64,000 bases of DNA from an uncultured Gammaproteobacteria bacterium (GCA_963848305.1 CAWKDC010000003.1:160001-224000); one strand, 5' to 3'; shown: positions 45,466 to 55,109, numbered from the stretch's first letter. Numbers and translations: made by a program. The notes: generated from the sequence alone by a model not told the origin.

Positions 45466-45951
45466 ATGAAGTTGGTAGTGAGAGGCCTGATCATGCTGGC
45501 AGGGATGGCTCTGGTCTTGCCTATATATGCGAGCACAATGACAGCAACGTGCATGAACTTTGAAGGGCCACAAACAGATTACATAACAAACGCAATTAAT
45601 CCTGACAGTGATATAGCCTTCAATAAATTCGATGATCATAAATCAAAAATAAGTGGTGAAAAATCAATCCTCATTTGGGAGCAGGGTAATAGCACTGCAA
45701 AAATTATGTTTAAAGGAAATGAAGCAAATGCTGCTGAACACTGGCACGATCTCATTTTGCTATCAAATGAAACCGCTCATGGTGAGCAACAAGTGACTTT
45801 TATTGGCATGTCTAGGGGTGCTCCAATCATGTATTCCGTTTACCCAGAGAGCAATGTTGTGATTTTTTCACAGCATAGTCACTGGAGCTTTGTGATGGAA
45901 GGTGTAAGGACTTTCATGTTCCATTCAAAATGCGATATTAAATTCAAATGA
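45466..45951 (+). CDS. Secreted hypothetical protein (cargo)
   Basis: AGGAGG RBS, signal peptide, Cys near each end of the mature chain. Confidence 0.7.
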   Translation: MKLVVRGLIMLAGMALVLPIYASTMTATCMNFEGPQTDYITNAINPDSDIAFNKFDDHKSKISGEKSILIWEQGNSTAKIMFKGNEANAAEHWHDLILLSNETAHGEQQVTFIGMSRGAPIMYSVYPESNVVIFSQHSHWSFVMEGVRTFMFHSKCDIKFK

Positions 45952-45983
45952 TTTTCTGAAGCCGAAGACACTGGAACAGTATT

Positions 45984-46382
45984 GTGATAAACAAGTTGAT
46001 AGCTTTTAAATATTTTCTCACGGCAACAATTTTGTTAGCAAATACCATCGCAATGGCCGAATGGACAAGTGTGCTTTCAGAAAAGAATAGGACGTCATAT
46101 ATTGATTTCGCTACACTCAAAAAAACAGGAGGTTTCGTAAAAGTATGGGGTATGGATGAATTTAAAACACCAGAAAAATTTGGGAAAGATAATGTTTCTT
46201 CGCTCAGCACACAATATGAATTTAACTGTAAAGAGAGATCAACTAGAATTATTGCTGGTTATTCCTATAATGAAATCGGGGAGGTTGAGGATTTTTTTTT
46301 ACAACCAACGGACTGGCTACCAATTCCGCCAGGATCAAGGGCTGATATCATCATGAGCAAAGTTTGTGATGATGCTGATTAA
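45984..46382 (+). CDS. Secreted protein, surface-adhesin protein E-like (cargo)
   Basis: Signal peptide AMA|EW, YID, VKVW, YEFNC..R, W.PIPPGS, terminal VC. Confidence 0.6.
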   Translation: MINKLIAFKYFLTATILLANTIAMAEWTSVLSEKNRTSYIDFATLKKTGGFVKVWGMDEFKTPEKFGKDNVSSLSTQYEFNCKERSTRIIAGYSYNEIGEVEDFFLQPTDWLPIPPGSRADIIMSKVCDDAD

Positions 46383-46427
46383 TATCCCCTGTATCATATT
46401 TGGACGTCAGCGCATTGACGATCGTAG

Positions 46428-46934
46428 CTATTTTCTCTTCAATTTCCCCATATAGTTCGCATAACAATTTTTGACAGTGACTGAATCAGTTGTGTGAAAA
46501 TTTTCAAATCGTAACTCTAAATGAATGGTAGCAGGATTATTAGGATTAAAGTTGCTTATCATAACATCAGTGGCAAGATAATGATTAAATTGTTGCTTTA
46601 TTATGAATTGAGAGTGCACCAACTGATTTTGATTGACTGTAATTTTTCCAACAGTTCCCGAAACGTGGTCATCAAACCTTGACCATCCTCCAGTTAACCT
46701 AAGTACGACTGGATCGTCGCTATAAGGATTAGGATTTTCAATATCACACGTAATATTGTACCATCTATTAAGAACAAGCGAGTTTTCTAAATTTATTGTA
46801 AATGTCTTATTTGGTAGAACGGTGCCTCCTGGAAGGGGTACTGCATCAATAGATTTAGATTTTGCTTGCGAAGCTAATGTTATGGAAATCATCCCAGCAA
46901 GAATAAGTATCAGTATGCGTCCCTTTGCTTTCAT
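46428..46934 (-). CDS. Secreted hypothetical beta-rich protein (cargo)
   Basis: GGGAG RBS, signal peptide, two Cys. Confidence 0.65.
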   Translation of the reverse strand: MKAKGRILILILAGMISITLASQAKSKSIDAVPLPGGTVLPNKTFTINLENSLVLNRWYNITCDIENPNPYSDDPVVLRLTGGWSRFDDHVSGTVGKITVNQNQLVHSQFIIKQQFNHYLATDVMISNFNPNNPATIHLELRFENFHTTDSVTVKNCYANYMGKLKRK

Positions 46935-47058
46935 TTAATCTCCCTATTTTCAATGAAGTCCATCTCTCAAAGGAACCCCACGGGGAACCCCAGGATTGTC
47001 CAGAACCCAAGAAGAGGGCAGGATATTTTTAACCTATTGTTCTTATTGTTTTAATTAA

Positions 47059-47131
47059 AGCTGGCAACAGGAATCGAACCCGTGACCTACTGATTACAAA
47101 TCAGTTGCTCTACCTGCTGAGCTATGCCAGC
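47059..47131 (-). tRNA. tRNA-Thr(TGT), integration target; CCA not encoded
   Basis: GCTGGCA...CTGAT-TTGTAA-TCAG anticodon arm...GGTTCGATTCC...TGCCAGC. Confidence 0.96.
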
Positions 47132-47148
47132 AAAACCTTATTATGATA

Positions 47149-47230
47149 TACCGAGGGTCGGAATCGAACCGACACGACCGAAGTCACCGGATTTTGAGTC
47201 CGGCGCGTCTACCAGTTCCGCCACCCCGGC
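47149..47230 (-). tRNA. tRNA-Leu(CAA); CCA not encoded
   Basis: GCCGGGG...CCGGA-CTCAAAA-TCCGG, long variable arm, GGTTCGATTCC. Confidence 0.96.
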
Positions 47231-47387
47231 ATATGTGGGAGGGAGTATACCAGAACTTATAAAAAGTGGGAGGGGGGCTACTCAATAATTTTCAATTTTG
47301 TCTAAAAACAGATACAATCCAACGGCCAATTATTAGGCAGAAAATGATACCATTATCAAGTATTCATCATCCACTGAAACGATTGTT

Positions 47388-47497
47388 GGCGTCTGATCGG
47401 GGTGTGTCATGCCAAATCCGTGAGGCAAGGATGCCGAACAGAAGCCTACAGGGTTATATTCATGGTTTGGCAGCTCATCACCCGACATCAAGGCGCC
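47388..47497. repeat. Degenerate palindromic element related to 4628-4721
   Basis: GATCGGGGTGTGTCATGCCAAA...TTTGGCAGCTCATCACCCGA with internal GGC-AAGGAT-GCC hairpin. Confidence 0.55.
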
Positions 47498-47514
47498 TAA
47501 AAGGGTAACTCACA

Positions 47515-48546
47515 TTGAAACTACAAGACTTCGATTACATCCTCCCCGATGACCGCATCGCACGCCACCCTGCGCCTGAGCGCACGGGCAGTCGCTTGCT
47601 GGTTTTGAACGGGTCGGATGGCATCCTCAGTGACCGTCAGTTCAAAGACCTTCCTGAATTATTACGCCCCAATGACTGCCTTATTTTCAATGATACCCGC
47701 GTGATCAAAGCGCGCCTGTTTGGGCATAAATCAACAGGTGGACGCATCGAATTATTGATTGAACGGTTGCGCGGCACCCATGAAGCCCTCTGTCATATGA
47801 AGGGCAGCAAGGGACTTCAGCCCGGGGCTATCCTCCATTTCCAATCTGCCCAAGCCACGTTTCTTGGGCGTGAAGGGAATTGTGTCAACCTCTCATTCAG
47901 CCTGCCTGTGCTTGAGTTGTTAGAAACCCAAGGCGAAATGCCGCTGCCACCCTACATTGATCGTCAGCCCGACACGACCGATGATAGCCGGTATCAAACT
48001 GTCTATGCGAAACATCCCGGCGCTGTGGCTGCGCCCACGGCGGGGTTACATTTCGATGAAGCCTTGTTGGAAACATTGAAACAACAAGGCATTATCATTG
48101 CCAGGGTGACATTGCATGTGGGCGCTGGCACCTTTCAGCCAGTGAAAGTCGAAGACATCACACAACATGAAATGCACGCGGAGTGGGCGCATGTCCCCAA
48201 AGAAACTGTCGAAGCCATTCAAAAAGCCAAAGCGGCCGGCGGAAGGGTGATCGCAGTCGGCACCACCAGTTTGCGTTCGCTCGAGTCTGCTGCCACTGCA
48301 CCTGGGCACATTCAACCATTTGAAGGTGAAACAAACATATTCATTTATCCAGGTTACACATTCAAGATAGTCGATGTGTTGCTCACGAATTTCCATTTGC
48401 CCAAATCCACATTATTGATGTTAGTCAGCGCTTTTGCAGGTTTCGATCACATTAAGGTTGCTTATCAGCACGCATTAGACCATCATTATCGCTTTTTCAG
48501 CTATGGCGATGCGATGTTCATCACCGCAAAAGATCCGATTGCGTAA
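47515..48546 (+). CDS. queA: S-adenosylmethionine:tRNA ribosyltransferase-isomerase
   Basis: FNDTRVIKARL, PLPPYI, AAPTAGLHF, LHVGAGTF, TNFHLP.ST, YRFFSYGD; TTG start. Confidence 0.96.
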   Translation: MKLQDFDYILPDDRIARHPAPERTGSRLLVLNGSDGILSDRQFKDLPELLRPNDCLIFNDTRVIKARLFGHKSTGGRIELLIERLRGTHEALCHMKGSKGLQPGAILHFQSAQATFLGREGNCVNLSFSLPVLELLETQGEMPLPPYIDRQPDTTDDSRYQTVYAKHPGAVAAPTAGLHFDEALLETLKQQGIIIARVTLHVGAGTFQPVKVEDITQHEMHAEWAHVPKETVEAIQKAKAAGGRVIAVGTTSLRSLESAATAPGHIQPFEGETNIFIYPGYTFKIVDVLLTNFHLPKSTLLMLVSAFAGFDHIKVAYQHALDHHYRFFSYGDAMFITAKDPIA

Positions 48547-48592
48547 ATCAATAAAACGCGTTACGATGTGCACATCTTCATAAGGAGTCAAC

Positions 48593-48925
48593 ATGATATC
48601 GATTATTTCTAGCGCACATGCGGCTGATGCTGCAACGCCTCCGCAAGGCAGTGGTTTTGTTGAAATCGGCATTCTGATATTTTTCTTTGCTGTGTTCTAC
48701 ATGTTAATTTGGCGTCCACAAGCCAAGCGTGCGAAAGAGCACCGCAACTTGATCAGCGCCCTTGCCAAAGGTGATGAAGTGGTGGTATCCGGTGGTTTAT
48801 TAGGCCGCATCACTGATTTAGACGATCAGTATGTTGTGATTGCCCCCAGCGAAGGTGTATCATTGCGCTTTCAACGTCAATCAGTTGTTCAAGTGTTGCC
48901 AAAAGGGACGTTAAAATCACTTTAA
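48593..48925 (+). CDS. yajC: Preprotein translocase subunit YajC
   Basis: FY...RPQ.KR.KEH, KGDEV...GG..G, LPKGTLK. Confidence 0.95.
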   Translation: MISIISSAHAADAATPPQGSGFVEIGILIFFFAVFYMLIWRPQAKRAKEHRNLISALAKGDEVVVSGGLLGRITDLDDQYVVIAPSEGVSLRFQRQSVVQVLPKGTLKSL

Positions 48926-48942
48926 TTGTTTAGGGATGAGCT

Positions 48943-50772
48943 GTGATCAATCAATTTCCACGATGGAAGAACTGGGCCATCGCCATTTTCATGATGGTGG
49001 CCTTTTTATATGCGTTACCAAACATCTTCGGTGATAATCCTGCCATTCAGATTTCAACTGAAAAGGGTGCTGCCATTGATGAGTTTGTCGTCCGTAAAAT
49101 GAAATCAACATTGGACGATGCGAAGATCCCTTATACGCTCGAACAGAATGATCACGCTGTCTTGATTCGTTTTAAAGCTTCAGACGAGCAGCTCGCGGCA
49201 CAATCCTTGCTGGCCAAAACATTGGGTGACAGTTATATTGTCGCGCTCAATTTGGCACCCGCCACACCTGAATGGATGAAAAAGATTGGTGCAAAACCCA
49301 TGAAACTGGGTCTCGATTTGCGCGGGGGTGTTCACTTTTTGATGCAAGTCGATATGGCAGATGTTGAGCAGCGCCATCTAGATGGATTGGTTGAAGGGGT
49401 TCGAAGCAATTTACGGGATGAAAAAATCCGTTACCGTGCGCTGACAGCTGATGCGCAAGGTATTCTCATTCGCTGGGCGACACCGGAGGATGCGAAAAAA
49501 GCTGTGTCAGCATTACACACTTCTTTTCCTGAACTCATTTTCACGCAACCCGAACCGCTCGTCACACAAGCGATATTGAGTCCAACAGGCAAGAAAACAT
49601 TGGTTGACGATGCGATGGATCAAACCATGATGACATTGCGCAACCGTGTCAATGAATTGGGCGTGGCAGAAGCTGTGGTGCAACGCCAAGGGTTGGATCG
49701 CGTGGTGGTTGAATTGCCAGGTGTGCAAGATACCGCCTATGCTAAACAAATTTTGGGAACCACTGCATCTGTGGCGTTTTATTTGTTGAGTGATGAAAAG
49801 TCGATCGGAGGTGGTATCACTTTCAAAGACAGACACGGCCTTCCACAGACATTTGATAGAGCGGTCGTGCTTTCAGGCGACAACATTGTCGGTGCGCGAT
49901 CAGGTTTTGACCAATACGGAAAACCTGCAGTGTTTATTCAAATTGGTGGCAATGTCGCTGCTTTTTCAAAGATCACGGGCGACAACGTGGGGCGTGGCAT
50001 GGGCACGGTGTTCACTGAAACGCGTTACCATGATGCCGTAGTGAATGGTGTTCCAACGCGTGTGGCAGACACCACACGTGAAGTGATTAACGTCGCCACC
50101 ATCAACCAACGTCTTGACAATCATTTTCAAATCTCGCCCATGTCTAGCCCGCAAGAAGCGCGCAATCTCGCGTTGCTGTTGCGTGCAGGTGCATTTCCTG
50201 CGCCAGTGGATTATATTGAAGAGCGTATCATTGGCCCCAGCATGGGTGAAGAAAATATCAAAAAAGGTGTGATTTCATTGGTCGCTGGCCTTGCGTTGGT
50301 CTTAGGCTTCATGATGTGTTATTACAGTGTGTTCGGTATTATTTCAAACATTGCACTGCTCATGAATTTGGTCGTCCTCGTTGCCGTTTTGTCATTACTT
50401 GGCGCCACCTTGACACTGCCCAGCATGGCGGCAATTGTGTTGACACTGGGGATGGCGGTAGATGCGAACGTCTTGATCTTCGAGCGGATCCGTGAAGAAT
50501 TGCGTCATGGGCAAACAGGGCATGGCAGTATTCATGCCGGTTATGAAAAAGCATTTTTGACGATTGTGGATGCAAATATCACCACACTCATTGCTGCGAT
50601 TGCGCTATTCTCGATTGGCAGCGGGCCAATCAAAGGGTTTGCGATCACATTGATCATTGGTCTCATCACATCTGTGTTCACAGGGGTGACGGTGTCTCGC
50701 GCAATAGTGAATCTCATTTTTGGTGGCAAGCGGTTGAGTCGTTTACCGATTGGCATGAGCGACTTGAAATAA
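48943..50772 (+). CDS. secD: Protein translocase subunit SecD
   Basis: LGLDLRGG, LRNRVNELGV.E, GMAVDANVLIFERIREE. Confidence 0.97.
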   Translation: MINQFPRWKNWAIAIFMMVAFLYALPNIFGDNPAIQISTEKGAAIDEFVVRKMKSTLDDAKIPYTLEQNDHAVLIRFKASDEQLAAQSLLAKTLGDSYIVALNLAPATPEWMKKIGAKPMKLGLDLRGGVHFLMQVDMADVEQRHLDGLVEGVRSNLRDEKIRYRALTADAQGILIRWATPEDAKKAVSALHTSFPELIFTQPEPLVTQAILSPTGKKTLVDDAMDQTMMTLRNRVNELGVAEAVVQRQGLDRVVVELPGVQDTAYAKQILGTTASVAFYLLSDEKSIGGGITFKDRHGLPQTFDRAVVLSGDNIVGARSGFDQYGKPAVFIQIGGNVAAFSKITGDNVGRGMGTVFTETRYHDAVVNGVPTRVADTTREVINVATINQRLDNHFQISPMSSPQEARNLALLLRAGAFPAPVDYIEERIIGPSMGEENIKKGVISLVAGLALVLGFMMCYYSVFGIISNIALLMNLVVLVAVLSLLGATLTLPSMAAIVLTLGMAVDANVLIFERIREELRHGQTGHGSIHAGYEKAFLTIVDANITTLIAAIALFSIGSGPIKGFAITLIIGLITSVFTGVTVSRAIVNLIFGGKRLSRLPIGMSDLK

Positions 50773-50781
50773 GGATGCAAC

Positions 50782-51707
50782 GTGGAATTTTTTAAAAAAG
50801 ATTTGCAAATTGATTTTTTAGGGCCCGTTGGGGCGCTGCGATATTCTCATTGGTGCTGGTGATGGGTTCATTGGTATCTTTGTTTGTGAATGGCATTCAT
50901 TGGGGGCTTGATTTCACAGGTGGCACAGTCATTGAAATCCAATACCCTCATGCGGTCGATATCGATCCTATTCGTGAAACGCTGGCAAAAGGGAGTATCG
51001 AGGGAGCGGTTGTTCAACATTATGGTTCGAACGACAACATCATGATCCGTTTGCCTTTGCAAGAAGGCGTGAATGAGCAGGCATTGTCTGCCAAAGTGCT
51101 ATCTGTCTTAAAAGCGGATGACCCAACAGCCAAATTATTGCGCGTTGAATTAGTGGGCGCACAGATTGGGAAGGAATTGGCAAGCCAAGGTGCGTTGGCG
51201 GTGTGTGTGGCGTGGTTTGGCACGATGTTATACGTTGCTCTGCGTTTTGAATGGCGTTTTGCTTTGGGTGCCGCATTGGCATTGGCGCACGATCCTTTCC
51301 TGATCTTAGGCATGTTTTCATTGTTTCAAATTGAATTTGATTTGCCGACATTGGCGGGTATCCTTGCGGTGATCGGTTATTCATTGAATGATACGATCGT
51401 GGTGTTTGATCGTGTCAAAGAAAACTTCATTAAAATGCGTAAAGGCGATGCGAATGAGATCATGAACCTATCATTGAATCAAACGTTGTCTCGCACCATC
51501 ATGACATCTTTCATGACGTTACTCGTTGTCGTGGCATTGCTCATTTACGGGGGGCCCACTTTATTCGGATTTTCATTGGCGCTAGCGGTTGGGATTGTGG
51601 TTGGTACTTATTCATCGATATACGTCGCTGGATCATTGTCGTTGGCCATGGGCCTGCGTCGTGAGAACTTGATTGCGCCGCCTAAAGAAGAAAACAGAAC
51701 GGTATGA
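50782..51707 (+). CDS. secF: Protein translocase subunit SecF, frameshift near 50822
   Basis: GTG start (EFFKKDLQIDFL), then GLDFTGG, GYSLNDTIVVFDR, GTYSSI. Confidence 0.95.
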
Positions 51708-51708
51708 T

Positions 51709-53175
51709 ATGCAAACACATCAAACACTGAAAGATGCTTTCTGTATTCTACTCCTTTCATTGTTTATATTGATCACCACCACACAAGGCTATCCGTTACT
51801 CAATCACGATGAATCCCGTTATTCTGAAATTCCCCGTGAAATGGTGGCAACAGGGGAATATATTGTTCCTCGCCTCAATGGCATTATTTATCTGGAAAAA
51901 CCCCCGCTATTTTATTGGCTCCAATCTCTGTCTATTAGCGTGTTTGGAAACAATGAAGGGGCTGTCCGGTTTTGGAATGCTTTCTTTGCTTCCTTCACGT
52001 GCATGATGCTATATATCGCTGGCGCTGTGCTCTATGATCGTCGCACCGGCCTTGTTGCCGCTGGGTTATTGTTTTCAAGCTTGTTATTTTATGCAATGGC
52101 ACATTTTATATCGCTCGATATGACACTCAGTGCTTTTGTGACTGGCAGTTTATTTTGTTTAATGATTGGACTTCATCGTCCTCAGCAGGATGACGTCCGA
52201 CGCGCATGGATATATGGCAGCTACATTTTTGCTGCATTGGCGCTGATGACAAAAGGGTTGGTTGGTATTTTATTGCCGGGCAGTGTGTTTGTGATTTGGA
52301 TGTTATTAACACGACGTTTTATTGCACTGAAACAGATCTATTTAGTATCAGGGTTGTTATTGTTTTTTGCCATTGCATTGCCATGGCATATCCTCATTCA
52401 GGAACGCGTCCCACAGTTTTTTGACTTTTACGTGGTAGGGCAACATTTTAACCGCTATCTCACCTTGGCCGAGAATCGATATGAACCTTTTTGGTTTTTC
52501 ATCCCAGTACTATTAGCAGGATTGCTGCCCTGGACTTTTTACGTGATCCCTTCATTGTACCATTCATGTCGAGGTTGGTTGCGCAATATCAAAGGCAAAT
52601 CCACTGAGACATTTTTATGGGTGTGGATTTTATTTATTTTTATTTTCTTCTCATTGTCAAAATCCAAATTAATCCCGTACATTCTACCTGTTTTCCCGCC
52701 TATCTTTTTATTATTGGCGACGGATATATCCATCTTTCGTCCATCTCGATTTCCAAAAATTAAAACTTTGCTGGGAATAGGATTGTGCGCTGTGATTATT
52801 TACTCCGTTGCCGTTCCCACTTGGACATATTACGCTGATCGATCCATCAAACCACTGGCCATGTTAATCAACGAAAGAAAAGGCCAATATGATGAGCTTG
52901 TTTCATTCGGTGAATATTATCAGGATTTACCATTTTATACTGAACAATTGGTCACTGTGGTTAACAGCCAGGGTGAATTAGATTTTGGGATGACACTTGA
53001 AGATAAAACAGATTATATGATCAATCAACAAACATTATTTAAGCGATGGGAAAATCCAAATCACCGTATCTTGATGGTGATCAGCCGGAAAAAATATAAA
53101 AATATTGTTTCAAAGCTCTCTCCGCCACCAAAAATATTGGGTGAAACGCCGAAGCATATTTTAATCATGAATTGA
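51709..53175 (+). CDS. ArnT/PMT-type lipid-carrier-dependent glycosyltransferase
   Basis: DESRY.EI.REM, Y.EKPPL.YW, LMTKG, K...YILP; many TM segments. Confidence 0.85.
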   Translation: MQTHQTLKDAFCILLLSLFILITTTQGYPLLNHDESRYSEIPREMVATGEYIVPRLNGIIYLEKPPLFYWLQSLSISVFGNNEGAVRFWNAFFASFTCMMLYIAGAVLYDRRTGLVAAGLLFSSLLFYAMAHFISLDMTLSAFVTGSLFCLMIGLHRPQQDDVRRAWIYGSYIFAALALMTKGLVGILLPGSVFVIWMLLTRRFIALKQIYLVSGLLLFFAIALPWHILIQERVPQFFDFYVVGQHFNRYLTLAENRYEPFWFFIPVLLAGLLPWTFYVIPSLYHSCRGWLRNIKGKSTETFLWVWILFIFIFFSLSKSKLIPYILPVFPPIFLLLATDISIFRPSRFPKIKTLLGIGLCAVIIYSVAVPTWTYYADRSIKPLAMLINERKGQYDELVSFGEYYQDLPFYTEQLVTVVNSQGELDFGMTLEDKTDYMINQQTLFKRWENPNHRILMVISRKKYKNIVSKLSPPPKILGETPKHILIMN

Positions 53176-53200
53176 AAAATATACACCAATATTTTATATT

Positions 53201-53226
53201 GTACGGGTGCACCATGCTGCACACCA
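53201..53226 (+). repeat. Degenerate REP-like palindrome
   Basis: GTACGGGTGCACCATGCTGCACACC, similar to the 25548 copy. Confidence 0.45.
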
Positions 53227-53236
53227 TCATGAAATT

Positions 53237-54466
53237 TCACAATTTAATTAAATCCGCCCTTGTCAACATTGCTCCCAGTATGACATTCAAATAAATGCTA
53301 TTCGCCTTCTCATGCCCAACACTATGGCTTAATAGAAATGCAGATTGTTCTGCCTCATTCAACCCTGAAGGCACTTTGCGTTTGCAATGTGAATGGATAT
53401 ACCGTTTTGGTGAAAACGGAACGCCTGCTGCTTTCGCCGTTTCATCCATCGCAAGTTGTTCCATGCAAGACAATCCGCTCGCACGTAAAATAATTGTTTG
53501 ACTGCGCCACATCATGCTTGCAATGTTTTCTGGTGTTTGCATTTCGAGGGGGATGATGTATAAATTCGAATTCCTTTCTCGATTTCTCAAACATTTTTGC
53601 ATGAGATGATCAAACAGGGCATGGTTTCGTGAGCACGCGACAAAAAAATAATGGGGAACATTTAAGGGTTGATTTGAATAATTTTCCCATATTCCATTGA
53701 AATATTCTTCAATCGCTTCGAGGCCTTGTGAGCCCATCATCAGCGTAGTGACTTGAGCGTTTTCAGGTAGACTGAGATTATTGGTGGAGGACAAACCATA
53801 ATAAGAAGCAAGCTTTGGGTGGATATTCACCTGCACATTATTCATATTATTGGGTAACTGTTTGAAAGCGGTGTGAACAGGCTTGCTCCAGCGACTGTGC
53901 ACGTCAACAGGATTAATCTTGCAATATTTTTCCCAAAAATGTGCTTGATGCTTTTTCTTGGTTGCCAATGGTTTGTTGCTGTGTAGTAGAAACGTGACGT
54001 TATCAAAGTGAGCACGTTTCTTAATACCTGAGAAGCAAGGATGCGTTTTATTGACGGGCAGGTCTGTCAATACCTTGTGGTAGGTGACAGGTGTTTGAGT
54101 TGCCGCTGCCATCTGCCGTACCAGGAAAGGGGTGAAAACAGGCTGTGTATCGATGACGGTATCTATAGGGTATGCGCTGAATAGAGCCTGAATATCACTG
54201 GCCAGCTTTTGTCCAAAAAAGTAGTCGTAAAAGAATTCATAAACCCCGACGGCGGCCGGCAGGTAATGGGCAATCAAGGAGTCTTGGCGTATACCGGCGT
54301 TCCACAGGTCCACGATAATGGGTTTAACGGGGTAAAAATAGTTGACCATGTCAAGCATATGGACTGTGGCATCAGGGTGTTTTAAGGCCAATTCCGCCTT
54401 GATGTTATGAGTAGCCACCGTATGGCCATGCCCGCTGGAGCAGGTGATGAAGAGTATATGTTGCAT
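53237..54466 (-). CDS. GT-B glycosyltransferase, MGDG synthase/UgtP-like
   Basis: SSGHGH at N-terminus, VLTD, MMGSQG, RASGLS..E, GHE..N. Confidence 0.6.
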   Translation of the reverse strand: MQHILFITCSSGHGHTVATHNIKAELALKHPDATVHMLDMVNYFYPVKPIIVDLWNAGIRQDSLIAHYLPAAVGVYEFFYDYFFGQKLASDIQALFSAYPIDTVIDTQPVFTPFLVRQMAAATQTPVTYHKVLTDLPVNKTHPCFSGIKKRAHFDNVTFLLHSNKPLATKKKHQAHFWEKYCKINPVDVHSRWSKPVHTAFKQLPNNMNNVQVNIHPKLASYYGLSSTNNLSLPENAQVTTLMMGSQGLEAIEEYFNGIWENYSNQPLNVPHYFFVACSRNHALFDHLMQKCLRNRERNSNLYIIPLEMQTPENIASMMWRSQTIILRASGLSCMEQLAMDETAKAAGVPFSPKRYIHSHCKRKVPSGLNEAEQSAFLLSHSVGHEKANSIYLNVILGAMLTRADLIKL

Positions 54467-54513
54467 GGCAGTTCCGTTGCGCAAGCCTATTTTGCCCCCT
54501 AGACAGCGGAGGC

Positions 54514-54536
54514 GTGAGGGCGCATATTTGCGCCCA
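54514..54536 (+). repeat. REP-like palindrome
   Basis: GTGAGGGCGCATATTTGCGCCCA, same core as 12126. Confidence 0.6.
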
Positions 54537-54571
54537 TGATGCGGTGGATTTTAATACACCGTATAGCCACT

Positions 54572-54838
54572 TTATGCAGCCAACGCCTTCACTTGCTTGC
54601 TCAAACGGCTCTTGTAGCGAGCAGCGGCATTCTTATGAATCAACCCCTTACGTGCGTAGCGATCCACAATGGACTGTGCTTGGCCGAAGGCAGCAACAGC
54701 AGTGGCCGAATTGGCTTCCGCAATGGCTTTGCGGACTTTCTTAATCATGGTGCGCATCTCGAACCGGCGGGATGCATTATGTTGACGGCGTTCTTCGCTC
54801 TGTTCAGCACGTTTTGCTGATTGTTTCGTATTGGCCAA
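54572..54838 (-). CDS. rpsT: 30S ribosomal protein S20
   Basis: MANTKQSAKRA...N...R...RT.IKK...IHKN.AAR.KSRL; TTG start. Confidence 0.97.
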   Translation of the reverse strand: MANTKQSAKRAEQSEERRQHNASRRFEMRTMIKKVRKAIAEANSATAVAAFGQAQSIVDRYARKGLIHKNAAARYKSRLSKQVKALAA

Positions 54839-54996
54839 GGTAAACTCTCCTCTATGAGTGAGCCGTCATTGTCCTAAAATTTCAAGCACCTGTCAAGCGA
54901 AAAATGCAGCCTTTTTGCCCTCTGGATGCTGAAAGCCTCTGATCCCATGAATAAACAATTCCCTTTTTCCCCATTAAAAGGTATACTGCACGCATT

Positions 54997-55070
54997 CGGG
55001 GCGTGGCGCAGCCTGGTAGCGCACTTGCATGGGGTGCAAGGGGTCGCAAGTTCAAATCTTGCCGTCCCGA
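54997..55070 (+). tRNA. tRNA-Pro(GGG); CCA not encoded
   Basis: CGGGGCG...CTTGC-ATGGGGT-GCAAG...AGTTCAAATC...CGTCCCG-A; TATACT -10 box at 54982. Confidence 0.96.
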
Positions 55071-55109
55071 TATCAATATTCTGTCAAGATTAGATATGGC
55101 AGGAATGCA

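Larger units (their letters stand above)
38636..47102. mobile_element. Integrated P4/PICI-like phage satellite (about 8.4 kb) in tRNA-Thr
   Basis: 44-bp direct repeats; integrase, AlpA, primase, DUF927 helicase; no capsid, tail or conjugation genes seen. Confidence 0.88.

Noticed and set aside
38636-47102. Complete prophage or ICE
   Set aside because: No capsid, portal, tail, lysis, relaxase or T4SS genes; only 8.4 kb
47266-47508. 80-aa ORF upstream of queA
   Set aside because: Spans a palindromic repeat, with no clear RBS or recognisable motif
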